Source: Takakia lepidozioides (taxonomy: Eukaryota > Plantae > Bryophyta). Taken from it: a DNA stretch of 64,000 nucleotides. Below the pieces are notes generated by a model. That model was not told where the DNA came from and did not search any database. It was given only the letters and a program-made list of their open reading frames with translations. A program made the position numbers and the translations under genes. Where the stretch lies: positions 19,220,001-19,284,000 of the forward strand of contig CM060734.1 of NCBI GenBank assembly GCA_030704615.1, read 5' to 3'. Position 1 is the stretch's first letter. Each line of letters begins with the position of its first letter. Below, piece by piece: positions 45,516 through 59,523 of the stretch.

Positions 45516-48500
45516 TCACATTGTTGCATGGATGTCCTTCGAAAAATCTATGTTGGTGCTTGATCTTTCTTTGTTGGGGTCAAAACTCTTGAGCATTTGG
45601 TGTGATAAGACATCGTGGACATGCGCTTGCTTGATGCGCTTGGCTTTGATCCAAGCGGGTTCCTGCCATCCATCCAACCGGAGCTCACCTCAGTCCCGCC
45701 AGAAAGTATGCTCCATGGCAAGGGAACACAAGCTTGTCATAAGGTAACATTGCTGTTACAGCGGTGGTGCGGAATGGGTGGATAGTTGCAAGAGAGAGAG
45801 GGGGAGGTTGTAAGGTAATAGAAAGAAAGGAGTGCAGGCCAAACAGAAGATTGTAGGAAAAGGAAGGTGGTGAATGAGAGGAGACCAGACTGGAGGAGAC
45901 GAACCTCAGGTACAAACCAAGAAAAGCCAAATTTGGCCAGCAGCAGCAGATGTTCCAGTATCAAGATTGCAGCAAGCCCTGGTTCCATCTTCCAACGCTT
46001 CGCATCATCATACAAGCACACTAGCAGTGCGCAGTTGGTTATAATTGCCACCACCCCTAGATTCTGCACACATTCAGAGTATCATACCTTAAGATCCGCA
46101 AAAGAAAAGTTTTCCTTCTTTGTGAAATACAAATGCTAGCATTGTGTAATCTTCAAACCCAATCAAGTACCCACTCAGCAAGACAGACAGCTGAAGAGAA
46201 AGAGCAAGGGAAATGCATGTGCTTGCACCAACCTGGAAAATTGCAAGCCAAGCACCGATTGTGGCAGCTGTATGGGGGACAGGCCGTCGCATCGTAACCA
46301 AAAGTTTCAAGGAGTCAGACCGTATCTCCACCAAATTATTCTGTCTCCCCATTTGAACCCACTATCTCAATCTCTATTTTCCATTCCCCATGTCTTTGAA
46401 ACACAGACACAGATTTTGGCAGACTTTCAACTAAAAAAGAACAGCTATGTCAAACCAAAGACTTTTCCAGTCCAGATGTCTCTACCAACTCCTATATTCC
46501 ATGTGTTTCATGCCTCCCAAGATTCAGCTGTATAGGAGAGAGGTTGCGTAAGTTACAATCATACTCCACTTCACCAGTGCCAAAGCTGTCAGTATTCTAC
46601 TTTCCATATTGCAACTTCGAAAGTGTAAGCTGGTTGAATATCAGTGGAGCAGTCTAAAATGCATCTGTCTTGTTCATGCCAATATTGAGAGGAAAAAGAT
46701 TTCTCACAATGAGAGCGAATGCTGCGACAAGGGGGAATGCGCTAGCAAACATGGTAACCATGCCGAATTGCACTGCCAGTTCCAGAAAGTCTGCTTCCAC
46801 CACACACCCAAATGCCAAAGATGTTTCTAATGAAACTCAAAGAGCTTATGGGATAAAAGAGAGCAGAACACAAAAAAAGGTAATGTCCCTGGCAACAAGT
46901 CAAACAATAAGAAATAACTTCAGATGCCCACAGCCGAAGTGGCTAGCCATGCAAGTAATCTGCCAGGCATTTCGTATCCTCAAAGCTGAAAGCCTCTAAA
47001 AAGAGTGGGAAACAGAAAAAGAAACAAACAAACTTCATAGCTTCCACAGAAAGAGTCTTACCATCAAAAAGACCATCCTCAAGTTCGCTGGTGATGCTGG
47101 CCTTATATGCGGGCTTCAGATACTCCTTTTCCACCCATGAAGCTTGTGATTCACTCACCTTCTCTCTATCTGTCTTCTTGTGCTCTTGATCCGCCCTGGT
47201 TAGCAAAACGTACAAGGCACTGACACTTCATCAGAATCAGCAGCTCTATATGCCTGGAGATCATGACTACCCCCTAAAAACCTGCTTCCACTATAACACA
47301 TTTAGGAGAGGTGACATGATTAGGAGGAGAATTTTACTGGAATGCTTTATACTTGGCGTAGCGGTATGTCAGATATGGCACCAAGTTCTGGGCAACATTG
47401 CTGATTAACTGCACAGGTGGAAACAATTGTCAGGTCAAGAACCCTTTTCTGCCCAAATCCAAGACAAATGAAGTCATGTGTGAGCATGCAGCCACTTATC
47501 CATAGAAAACTCAAACAAAAAGGTCCTACTTATCGCAACCCACTTTTGAAGATTCTGGAGCAGAACATCACCTGAGACACTATCAAACGTTGTGCCAGCA
47601 TCTGGCGGACCTCATCGAAGTCCTGATGGAAAAAAGCTTGATAAAATAGGCCTATGTACGACTGCATGAAGTAGATTCCAAAGACCTGCCAAATACAGAA
47701 GTTTCCTTCAACACTTGCTGTGTTTACTTTTCAGGGAAAAAGTCTAGGGCGAAATATAGACTTTGTTTATGTCCTCTTAATATTTGAAGTCAAGAAATGC
47801 AGGAGATGTGAAGATTGTAGACTAATTAATTCTATATGTATTTTCATAAACTTTTGCCTGCTACTATGTCCAAAGGCCAAGTCCACCATATTGACATAGC
47901 CCAAGCAAATGCATTCAACACGTTCTTGGTCTTGGGAAGGAGGGTTAACGTGTAGGACATTTATGGCAGCTGAGAGTGCATCTGCAAAACCCCTCTAAGT
48001 AATTCTTTATCGTCCATTGCGCAAGACTGCTAGTTCAGCCTGCACTAAGATATGCACAAATCTGGTAAAACAGGACTCTTAGTTACCTTGTAGATAATGC
48101 TATCAGCAGCTGCCTCATAACTGTAATTTTGCGTCTTTGTAAGCTTGAGTGCAACTTGTCCCCCCTTTTTTGTGAAGTATTGAATTGACATTATGTATAT
48201 TCCTGTGAGCGTGAACCTGAAGATATGGAGAAAGGCAAAGCCTTCATCTTAGTCCTCTGTAGAAAACGAACCAAAGACATGAAAAGATTACATAGATGGA
48301 TATGGAGACTTACTTAAGAATGCTGTAAGAAGCAATGCGATTTAGGTGAGCATATAGGAGCTCAAATGGAAGCTGTAGACACAGGATAGCACTGATCACA
48401 ATAGCATTGTTTCTTAGAGATATGAGCCGGCTCAACCATTCCTCTTTTTCCAGCACTCGGTTCTCCTGCTTTGACACATTAGCTTGCACCAACTGTGTTT

Positions 48501-51403
48501 CACTCAATATGCCTCTGAACAAAGAATCCTGTTGCTCCGGGCTTGGGGATTTAACTCCAGCTAGTCCCTTATCATGCTCATTGCTTATCCCCCATCTACA
48601 CAAAGACATCAAATCAACACCTCCAGTTTCTTGTACACTTGTTTGTACTTCTGTCAGATTATAAATTTACTCCACAGGCAACCAGTCTTTTCCTTATCTG
48701 TTTCACCCCATCACCTCTCTCCTGCTCCAAATCCCCTAAGGATCTACAATATTTGGTGCTGCCTTCCTACTTTCATGTGCAAAATATAATTTTTGACACC
48801 AAAACTGAAAACACTTCACCATACACCTATGTATTATATACCTCAGAGGATCCAAAACATGAAGGTTACAATGCTCATTGGAAGATCATTCAACAAGATT
48901 ACAGCAATGTGTAATATGCACTCAAATTTGGTGCCTCAGGTAGTGTTGAGGTGCATACCTGGTCAATATTTCGGCATTAGACCGTCGCCAAAACTGCAGG
49001 AAAAGTACTGCCCAGACCACAACCACCATGGAGTACATAGTGGGCACTGCTGGCTCCCATTTTCTGCAAGTGTCCATGTCTCAACATCAACAAGAGCACA
49101 ACATTACAGAACCAGTGAATTGCCATGCCATACTCAAGATTCACGGTGTTTTGAATGCTGCTGTCTGCACTTCTCAGCTACTTAAACGGTGGGAAATAAG
49201 AAAGAGGAATGAAAAACTGGATGTACCCCATGTCTTTCTTATAGAAATAAATGCCCAAGATAGCTGGGAACAGAAGCCAGCGTGTGTACATTCCCAAAAA
49301 AGCAAAATAGATGGCCACCTGTGACAGGCACAACAATTAGAGTCAGTAATGTTCAATACAAAATCCCAGTTGCCTCATTCACTCTGTAGCTCCACAAAGG
49401 ACCATGAGATTCATACTCCCAAAAACTCAGACAACTACAACTCCAGTTCTGCAGTTGATTGACACACGAAAATTGCAATGTTACCTTTGGACCAAAGTAA
49501 GCGTATATAGCATCAAGAGGCTGAGAAGTAAACCCTATCCAGTTAAAGGACCAGTGCTCCAGTAGCCATTTGCGTTGTTGCTCTTCTGCACAACCAGAAA
49601 AACACAACAATCCATCAACAATCAGAAACCCCTTGCAGGAAAATTTTCAGCACAAAATTTTACAAACAGCTAGAACTATGGGAAATTCTCTTTGTGTGCA
49701 GGCAATTGTGTCTACTGCAGCACAGAAGCCGAGGAAAGAGGAGGAAAATACTGAAGACTGAAGGAGGAGGAGGAGGAGGTTGGGAGCTTTACGGTGGAGG
49801 GGGAACACTTCCTTGACGACTCCTGCTTCCTTCAACTGCTTCATCAAAGACTGTCCTAATTTCACTTCCAAATCTCCTTTTCCCGGAACTAGCAATTTTA
49901 TTCCCGTGTCACTGTGACCTTCCTGACATCATGTCATCCATCCAAATGGTGGTGATTTTGGTAACCTTTTGTATATTTGGTAGCTAATGTTAGCGGCGTG
50001 ATTGAATCCAAGAGTTCAAAAGTTTGAACAAAATCTTTAAGATTCTCGAATTTATAAAAACCCATCAAGCATGGAAAAGCGCAGGCACATCGTTTGTCAG
50101 TGGTTTCAACCGGACCATAACAATTTTCACGAAAGAAGTAGAAAAGGGGAGTTGTTGAAGTCTATTACATGGTAGAAATATAACAGTACAGGTATGACCA
50201 GCTTCCAGTTGTGGTACTAGAATGCAACATATTACAACCATAAATAGGATCCCAGCCTCAGAAGAAATTTAGTTCTAGGATGGTGCATAAAAGTGCTGAG
50301 TATACACAACTCACCGCAGTGTTGATCAAAGTCATGAGACACTGATGGCGTTCTGTCCAACTGAAGAGAGCGTCTCCCATAGGCTGGCGAGTAAATGCAT
50401 CACTTCGCTCCCAATCAAATACAACGTTGAGTCCTGCAGGCATCACAAAAGTTTAAATGCAACTAGATTCTTTTGGAAAGCTTAAACCCATGTTGAACAC
50501 AGATTTGTCAGCCAGCAATATCAAAAACAAATTCCCTTGTGCTCATACAAAGGTTAAGCAATACATTTACAATACAGTATAAACTGTGCAGCTCATTTAT
50601 TGGAGGTTCTTGGTGCTGATTTTTCCCAGGTGGGAACAAACACAGCAGCATCTCTCACTAATATACTAAGCAAGTGCATCAGGATGGCCTCTGATTAGGT
50701 GAGGATGCCGACCGATGTGAGTGGGTTTCCTGATCTTCAGTTTCTCTGCAGCACGACCAATCACTTCAAGAGGTGCTCCAACCTGTACATTCAGATCCAG
50801 CCCAAGCTTTCTGATGTGACTATATCTTCTCTCTCTTCTATGACCAAACCGTCTACTTGACATTGCTATGCAACATATGAAGTTGTAATGGTCCACCTAT
50901 ACTGCATGACAGTACATACAATGTTGTTTCTAATTCTGGAAATGCATTCCTGTACCTTAAGAAAGAGGTGTGAATCAAGCCCATCAACTTTTTTTACGAT
51001 CAGGCCTACTGCTGTTAATGTTTGGCATAGGTAGTCCACTGCATCCTGATCTGATGACTGGTCGAGTTCCTGCCAAATTGTTGAATTCAGTAACCGACTG
51101 TGCAACACCCAAGAGTTACTGATGACGCACCACAAAAACTAAAAGTGGATCTATAGGAAATATAACAAATCTTTGAAGTAAACTAGCAAGCACTGGCTTG
51201 TAAACGCACAACTGACCAGGGGCTTTGCAGCCACTACTACCTCAAAAAAGATTAACATGATTGCCTGGGAATGCAGCAAAGTTTACTGAAGGAATACTCA
51301 CTGGTGTGTTATGCTTAGGTGCATTACACACAATTACTATTTCATACGGAGGCTCGGGGGACTTTCTTGCAGTTGGATCATGTTCTCGTTTTGACTCCTC
51401 CAT
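45516..51403 (-). CDS. TMEM16: Anoctamin/TMEM16-like protein, about 17 exons
   Basis: [13 protein letters not shown]|[15 protein letters not shown]; FLQFWRR; [15 protein letters not shown]; [22 protein letters not shown]; AIITNCALL; ATG at 51403, TGA at 45516-45518. Confidence 0.93.
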
Positions 51404-52625
51404 TCCTTGGCACTCGACTTTCTGGCTCTGCCGCTTGAGTAGCCAGTACTATAGACAGAAACAGCATGCGGCAGTCAATATCAATAGGTATTGAAGGATT
51501 TGTCTGAAATTGCACTCGTATATTTGACAGGATGCAATAAAGAGTGTCATCATCATTTTCTCTCTTTCCTGCTCCCTCCCTCCTCAGTCCATGTTATACA
51601 CAGGTGTTACGCTTGGACCAAAAGTGATCATAGACTCCACTCCTCAAATTATCGAATACAATAGATTCTAAACATCATCCCTCGCCATAGTTGTATATGA
51701 CCGTGGCTCAAGTAACTATCTGGGCAGCGATTACCAGTACTAGATGTGCCATGAAGCATCACTGTAGAAGTGCTCGAACCTTCCTGGTACAATGTGAATG
51801 CGACAAGCTACCTGACATTCCAATTTCTTGCAAGGCTGAAAATTGGCTGTCTTTTGCTTGAGGTACCTATTGACTTCGGCATTTTAGTGGCAGTCTGGAC
51901 TCTGCTAATCCACTATATCACTAACCTCATCAACTTCTTAATAAGTCGAAGACAACCCTCAGAATTGAAGACAATCTCAAGCTCGAAAGCTAGCCCAATG
52001 CAAACACGAGGGGTGAGCACTAAAGTATCATCTTCCATACCTTTGTGCAACTGCGGCTTGCTTTCTGTGCTGCAACCGCTACAAGGAGTAAAGGCCGAAA
52101 AACGTGCCGAAAAAAGGGATAGGAAGAAGAGTGGGATTGAACACGACCCACAGAAAATGTCGCAGTTATAGTATGAAGGTCTAGCAAACAGGCGAGCCCA
52201 AGGTGATTGGAAGACTGCAAGCCAGCAGCTTGCGCCATAGCTGAGTCTCCCAAGCCAAGTGTCCCACCCATTCTCCACGTGTCTTCCGCCACATGGACAA
52301 GCCAATTCTCGCCGCGTTGCACAGACGAAGGACAGGTGGCACCGACCCTTTTGCCAACTATAACCCAAGGATCACAGACAAGAAGACCCCAAATGAAAGA
52401 AAGCCCAGGCTCCAGACCAAGTCCTTTTGGTGCATGAGTAAACCCTAAACAATGTTTCATCCCCACTCTCACAGTGGTGTCATCTACTTAGCTTTCTCTA
52501 AGGGGGGTTGGTGTCATATGAGTACAGTGTGAGCAGGATTGGCCATGGCTGAGATTCTTTCAATCGGACGGCTCAAAAAGAGAAGGAAGCTTACAAATCG
52601 AGTCTCCGCAGAACCTTACACTTAA

Positions 52626-53432
52626 CCCTTAAAGGACGAGCTATTTTTTGGTGGGCCCACTAAAAAAGAGTATATACACTTATGGATGGGGGTGTAACTT
52701 CTTACCCCCAATGATCCAGGGGGATGAACCTTACACTTATGTGCATATCTACTATGTACACATCCTGTAAAAAATGTAGGCGAATTGACCATCGCATTTG
52801 GGAGATTATAACAAAATAATATGCCCCAATTTGTAAGTGTATTCAAAAATTGCATGCAAAAAATTGTTTGACCATAAAATTACAGTATCGAGTTGAATCT
52901 TCCTAGACAAAGGCCCTCCATAATCTGATTATATGGCACCTAAACCACTGCCTCCCACAAAAATCAGACCAAAAATCCAAAAATTCAGATAGGCTGCTTT
53001 GTATGTGAAATCTAGGGGGGTAAATTGTCTTGTTTTGGCTTCTTTCACAATTACACCCATGAGATGATATTTGTTTTCCAATTCCTCTGGTAAGTAAGTG
53101 CCCAGTAACATTTCATAGTGCCCTGTCCAAAAATTTTGGGATTATGATAAATTTTCAGCCATAGATGTTATTTTGAAGATTGCCCATTTGGCTGCCACGT
53201 AGGCAGGTCAATGGTGCTCTAACACTGGATTTTCTGACCCCTTGGCACTTTGAAAAATTCTAGGGAGCATAGCCTTTATGATTATTTGGCGCTGTAAATT
53301 CCCACACATGCTCCTCTCTGACATCCACAATTTATCTTTAGAGTTCACTTCCATCCACTATCATCCACTATCAAACTGGAGCGTGGCAAAAAACTGACGC
53401 GACCTGATTCGGGTCGCGTCGTCCTTTAGGGG
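52626..53432. mobile_element. piggyBac-like MITE
   Basis: TTAA TSD (52622-52625 and 53433-53436); TIRs cccttaaaggacga / tcgtcctttagggg (13/14 match); no coding capacity. Confidence 0.8.
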
Positions 53433-54189
53433 TTAAGGTGCCCCATTGCATGCGTCCACTCCCCACTCACTAGAACTTTATTAATACTTAAGCATATGCA
53501 CATTACTTTGAACAGAGGTATACCTAACATCCAGCTTGATATTTCATCCCTAGAAAATGCTTGGGACTCGAGTCCACGTATACATCTTTTGAACCCTAAT
53601 GATAGGATCCGAAAACAAACCACGCTTAAACTCTTCAAGCAATACAATAAATCAACAATTTTGCAACTCACATATGCAAATGGCACCACGCTCATTAACC
53701 CACGTGCATTCCATCTGCGGTACCCTAAACCACCGACGCGCTCCCAATATATCCATTTGACCCACCTTCAAACACTCCTATGCTATCCCACACCCGCATG
53801 CCTACAAATTATAATAAGTCGCCTCACCACGCAATATACAAATGGTAACGCAATATCACCAACAACCCACTACTCAGTACTTATCACACATCCATAACCA
53901 TCAAGTTGCGGAACTGCAACCCTTAGACAACCGCTTCATCAGCCCACCCAGAAGTATACCAAACTTACATATTTATTTAACTGAATGTGATCCAAATAAA
54001 GATGTTATGTCAATCCACCCTCACATCTACACAAACAATATGTCGTGCGCATACGTATCGCTACACAACTACATCGCTGTCCAAACCACACCACACATAT
54101 ATGCACAATAAAGTAGTCTGCCACAATAGATAAGAAAGCTAAAAGACACATTGTTCACACAAGAAACAACATGAATCCAACAACATCAC

Positions 54190-56260
54190 TCTTTAAAAAA
54201 ACCGGAATACGTGCATTTCGGAAGTCCCGATCAACTCTTCATTTCCATCTAGAATAAAGCCTTTGACGAACTTCTTAAAGTCGGGTACCTCATGAATAAG
54301 TTGTGGAATAAACTGCAGATCTTAAGAGATCATGAATGACCTCATCAAATCCGGAAGAATGTAGGTGTTCCGTTCCTTTAGCTTCTTCGATAGGTAGCTG
54401 AAGAAACCATCAATATCTTCCTGAGTGTGGCCGACCCTGAGAAACCCCAGCTGGATCTCCTCAAAAACACCTTTGGCAGTAAGGAGGGAAAGGAAAGCAA
54501 GCATCCATCTATTCTTGTTATCCTTCGCGGAGTTGTCCATTTGTAGATAGAGTCATCTCGGAAGCCAACGAGCACCCCTTTTGTCTTGTGGCGTGCAAGG
54601 TTTCAAAGCATCCAAACATCTCAATTTACCTCTCATGAGCGTTTCAAGGAAATCATTCTGAAGTGCATAATAAAAAATGTTCCTGGACTCTCGACAGGTT
54701 GGCTTCTCAAGCCGGCGAAGACAACGAGCCAAAGAACCAATCGTAAAGTTTGAATTTCCCTTCCAGAACTCGAGAGAGAGAACTGACCGTATGCTCCATC
54801 CCCGTGTCCATGTGTGACCATTCCCATTAGCGAGACAGGCAACTGACCCAGTCTCGAGATCATCTTGTTGGGTGTCTGTAGCCTCGGAATAGCTGTTTTC
54901 CTATGATCCATCTTATCGTGAATAATACAGAGAAACTCCTCCGGAATCATAACTGACTCATTCCTCCAGCTATGGCACAATCTTCTGCATGACTCCTGGT
55001 GCCTCAAATGTTTATCAAGCGCTCGTTTATGTGCGACCTGTTCCGTATTCCTCTTGATAGACTTTTTGATCAAGTCCTTCAACATCTCACATTCCGTGCA
55101 CTTTGCAAATGTGGTTCCAGTTTTTCAGACCTCCACGTTCGGAAATATTTTATTCCTGATACGGCTAACAGCAGGCTGCGAGATTGGTTTCAATCCAAAT
55201 ACTCTGTTCGTCTGAACCCCAAAATGTCAGACACTAAACATCCACTGGCCAGTGGAGGTTTGGGAAACATACATGCCGGAAAGAAAATGAAAATATTTGA
55301 AGTGTTCAAGGAAGAAAACAAATTTGAGTGAGGTAAAAAAATAATGCAGAATTATTACCTCATGGGACTCCTCTCGTATTCTCTTCCAGTTCATTTCCGG
55401 TGGTAAGACCCTCAAAGTATCCTGCCTTCCATCCCCAATGCACCTTGTCTTATGAGGCATGAGGTCCGAATTTCCGTTAATAATGGACATGATGGTCCCC
55501 TCTGCCTCGATGGTCTGTGGTCATGGCCGCTTCACGCCACGGTTCCCATGAAGAGATGACAGCCAACCCTCTTTACTCAACTTTTTGTACTCTATGTAGG
55601 TGAACCTACCAATTCCATGAATTGTCCACCATGCTTTCTCACAAACATCAACACCCTCAATGGTTACGTAAGCCCTCCGCGACGTTCCTTCCAGCACGTG
55701 AAGTCCTTTAGAAACATTTAGTCCATGTTCTCTCCTCTCATCAAATGTGGACCCCCAAAATGCAGTGCGGATAGCCAATGTTTTCCTCCAATCGAAATAT
55801 TGGCAGCACTGAAGTATGCAGCAATTTTTGCTACTAACAGATCGGACTTCCTCCATAGTAACATTTCTCTTGCATTTTTTGAAGTCATGTGCTGTGGCAA
55901 CCAACTTCTTCCTGGTGAAATGGCCTGCACGCCGATTTCTTCACACCAGTCTCATGATCGTCATTTTGAGTATCGTCAGAAGATCGGATAAAATTCTCCA
56001 AATCAACACACAGCAGACGCCTGTTCTCCAAAAGTTTGTTTTTGTCAACGGCCATTTTACAAGTGACATCAGACAACCAGATCCTCCAGATAATATTCTG
56101 GTCACAAGAACCCCAACATCGTCCTCTCCAAGCTTGTCATTGAGAATTACTTCGTCCGGTATGCAAGTTTGAATTCGACCTTCGAACAGGGCACTACCAT
56201 CATCTCCAAGGAGCAAACACTACAAGTTTCTCCAGCTGTTCCTTCCCAATCCTTCACCGG
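54190..56260 (-). mobile_element. Sola-like DDE transposase remnant, copy 2 (intron at ~55200-55356; stops and frameshifts)
   Basis: CC...CC; VCEKAWWTIHGI..HGN; FAKCTEC; IIHDKMD; MDNSAKDNKNR; VGHTQEDIDG; paralogous to 20308-21141. Confidence 0.75.
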
Positions 56261-58504
56261 AATCCTCCGAATTTTCTTTGTTCCCAGGAAAATCAGTGTC
56301 ATGGAGGAAATCTTCAATGCTACAATTCTCCTGCGTGACAGACGGAGTACCCCTATCCAGGCTACACTCTCCAACGGTATCTTTTTTGTTGGTGAACACC
56401 TGATACATCCCAAACAATTGGTGTCCCAATGGCCTCCTTCAAGGTTTCAACATCCATATGTGGATAAGGCAGATGATGGGATCCGACTGCGTCATCACAA
56501 GAGGTTAAGATCACGAAGATGGTAGAGGACGTCAATTTGTGTCCATGGCAAGTTCCCACTCCGGAGATATTGAGGCAATCTCGTGAGGCAACAACGCATG
56601 TAGATCATGGAAGTGACAGGAACACTTTTTGACCAATCTCGAACCCCATGATGAATGAGTAACAGTGTCGTGACTGGCCAGTGGAGGTCTTACAGAGGAA
56701 AGATAATGACATAGGCACTCAGAGCATGTGTTGTAAATGGAGAATGAAAGAAATATCAAAAGAAATATAATTTGTAAGAAAATAAAATATCAGAATATCC
56801 CACATGGTACGAACTAACATGTTCTTAAGGGACCCTGTGGGAAAACACGGTGAGGTGCAATGAGGGCAACAACCCCTGGGCGATCGGCAGAGAGGTCTAC
56901 TAGAGCCAGAGCGGAAGAAGAAGATGCAAATGAGAGGCCTGTGGGGAGAAATGGGTATGGTGTGCAGCCGGACCTTATATATTGATGTTTGTTTCCTAAT
57001 GTGTCCAATGGGAAGGTTGGTTTCATTGTCTCCCGGATCGATGACAACCACCGTTGATAAGCGAGAGTTTGCGAATCGAACGGTTCTTGCGGATTCGTGC
57101 AAACGTTGTCGTTAATTGAGTGCAGAAGAATAACCGCCGAAATATGCATGAATGTTTGCGTACTTGTCAAAGTTAAAAGATGGCATTGAATAGACATACA
57201 ACTGGATGAATGTTTGGTACCGTCGATAGGTGCGGCATAAAAGCCGTGCGGCTCTGACTTGCAGCAGACATTGTTGTCACCGTGAAAGATGTTGAACTCG
57301 TAAAACAGGCAATGCGGAGTATTTATGGAAGGCGGCCCACTGCCGTAATGAAAGATAGATTCTGCCTTCGGAACAATCATTAACATTCCCATCTTTTTTT
57401 GAAATTCTGGTATACGTGCTTGTGTATTAGAAGATGAAGGGGGATCGAGGATGCTTCTCCTGGATCGAGGTGTGGTAGCATTTATCACCGCCACATTAAT
57501 TAAAGCGGCCATGATATTGAAACGCCGCTAAGGTGAACGTGAGGGACGAAGAGTTTGGAAAGTGCCAAGACGGAGTTATCATCCTACGTAGAGTTGCAGT
57601 ACAAAAAATCTTTCATCCCTTCTCATTAATGTCAATATTTCATTCGTCTGACCATTCGTTTTTTCATTCGTCATTTCATTAGTCTGTTCATATCTCGTCA
57701 TCACATAGCTCCATGTATGGATGGACAGATTTTGAAACGGATGAATTCCATGACTTGATGATTGGATGGATGTGGCACAACATCCATTTGAAGCGCCATT
57801 CGCCGTGGTGGCTGTTTGATTTCAATTGACGCGAACAGTTCAGATTTTTCGCGAAAACGGCATATAAGCCGACCGCGCGTTCATTGCACTCTTTCACTCA
57901 TGTTTTGTGTACACGGAAGCCCTGCCAAAATCCTTGCAGAGAGCATGGAGCGTGAAAGGATAGACCTTTAAGTAGAGAGTGGACAGTGGAGATTAGTGAG
58001 AGTGGGTGAGCGAAGCTGAGAGCAGAGAGACAACATAGAGACAACGGAGAGTGGGGAAACTGCAGCAGGGAGCGCAGAAACAACTGAAAGCGGATAGCGG
58101 AGGCAGCGGAGAGAGAGCAGCGGAGAGCAGGGGGGGTGGAGCACCTCACCGAAATGGCTGAAAGCAGCAGGTAAAAGTGATACAAAACTGATCCTTTTCC
58201 AGTTTTTTTGTCATGGATTTGGACTCTTGCCCAGAACCCCCGCTGTCATTTGGATTTGTTTTTTTGTGCCCTTTTGAGCCCTTGAGGTTTGGAGAGGATA
58301 GGATGAAGGATTGTGGGTTTTTGTCAGGGACGAACCACTCTGCGTTAGCAGCAAAAAATCTCCCTGTCGGGACCTTGTTGCAAATTTGATAGAGCACAAC
58401 CGCTCTGTGCTTCCATATAAATGCAGTCCCAAATCCTAACAATTGGGTGAAGTATTCCACGGACCCTATCTGGTTTTTTGTGCTCTGTCATGAAGAGAAC
58501 AGCT

Positions 58505-58880
58505 GCAAATTCGCATGTTTGCTTCCTTTCCTGTTTGCATGTCCTGTTTCCTGATTGTTGTTTGCATGTTTGCTTTCCTGTTTCCTGTTTGCATGTCTGC
58601 TTTTCTGTGTGTTGTCCTATTTGCTCTTTCCTGTTTCTCGTCTATTTGTTTGCTTTGCTGTTTGTTTACTTTGCTGTTGGTTTGGTCTGCTGTTTGTTTG
58701 CTTGCTTTCCTGCTTGTTTGTTTACCGGCTTGTTTGATTTGTTTTTGTCAATTGGTGGTGTTGTGTTTGTGCTAGTCGTCTCGTTTGCTGGTGGTTTCGT
58801 TTTGCAGGTGAATTCATGGTTTGTGTTGAGGGTTTGGTTTTGTCTGCTGTTGGTTTTGTGTTTTCTGGTTTTGGGTTTTT
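58505..58880. repeat. GT-rich low-complexity tract (tgtttgc / ttcctgtttgcatgt units)
   Basis: Directly visible. Confidence 0.8.
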
Positions 58881-59179
58881 GGCGGGTTGCAAATGACGGA
58901 TTAGGGTTTCAGCAAGCTTTTATAATCCTAATTTTAATTGTCATCCAGTTTTGCCAAATATTCACCGGCTTTTTTGCCAACCCAAATCCACCGTAGCCTA
59001 CTCTACTCGTAGGTCACCGTAGACCTTTTCGCTGACAGTATTCATAGAGCCACATAAACTTCATGAGAAGCACAGAGTGGAGGTACCTGTGAATGTGTGC
59101 ACCAGAGGCAGAAAAAGGGATGCCATGACCCCAGGAAAAACATTGAGAATATCCGACCACAGTGCTGTAAGAGGAGTTA

Positions 59180-59511
59180 TGATGTGTCAAGTTATTTTAC
59201 CACTAGTGTGAAACTAGCTAGGAAATAGCTAGCTTTTACATATTGACATTTGGGATTGGCCCAAGTGTCAATCCAGGGGTCAAGGCAGATTTAGGCCCTG
59301 GAGTGGTTATCTTCACGGCAAGCGCGGGAGGCTCATCTTTCTCGAGTTGAGCCTCACCGCGCCTAGCTATGGCGCCGTAGTGTGGATTCCCCATGGCGTG
59401 GGGTGCACTTGGCTTGACTTGTATTTGAGTGATGAGGTTATATATGCATGAGTTTATGCTTCAGCTTTGTGAGCTCGCATGAGCTGAAGCTTGTATTCTT
59501 CTTCTTTATCA
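59180..59511 (+). repeat. 5' LTR of family B
   Basis: TGAT...ATCA termini; similarity to the 3' LTR stops exactly at ttatca. Confidence 0.82.
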
Positions 59512-59523
59512 CTCGAGAAAGAT
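59512..59523 (+). promoter_or_regulatory. Putative self-priming primer-binding site
   Basis: ctcgagaaagat is the exact reverse complement of atctttctcgag (59335-59346) inside the LTR; no TGG tRNA-type PBS. Confidence 0.7.

Noticed and set aside
53437-54111. Possible degenerate LINE coding fragment (also an ISDHSAV endonuclease-like motif near 59150)
   Set aside because: No diagnostic motif series; too weak to call
58478-58996. Hydrophobic 172-aa membrane-protein-like ORF
   Set aside because: Translation of a GT-rich low-complexity tract
59370-59390. tggcgccgt as a tRNA-type PBS
   Set aside because: It lies inside the repeat shared by both LTRs and is not preceded by the terminal CA
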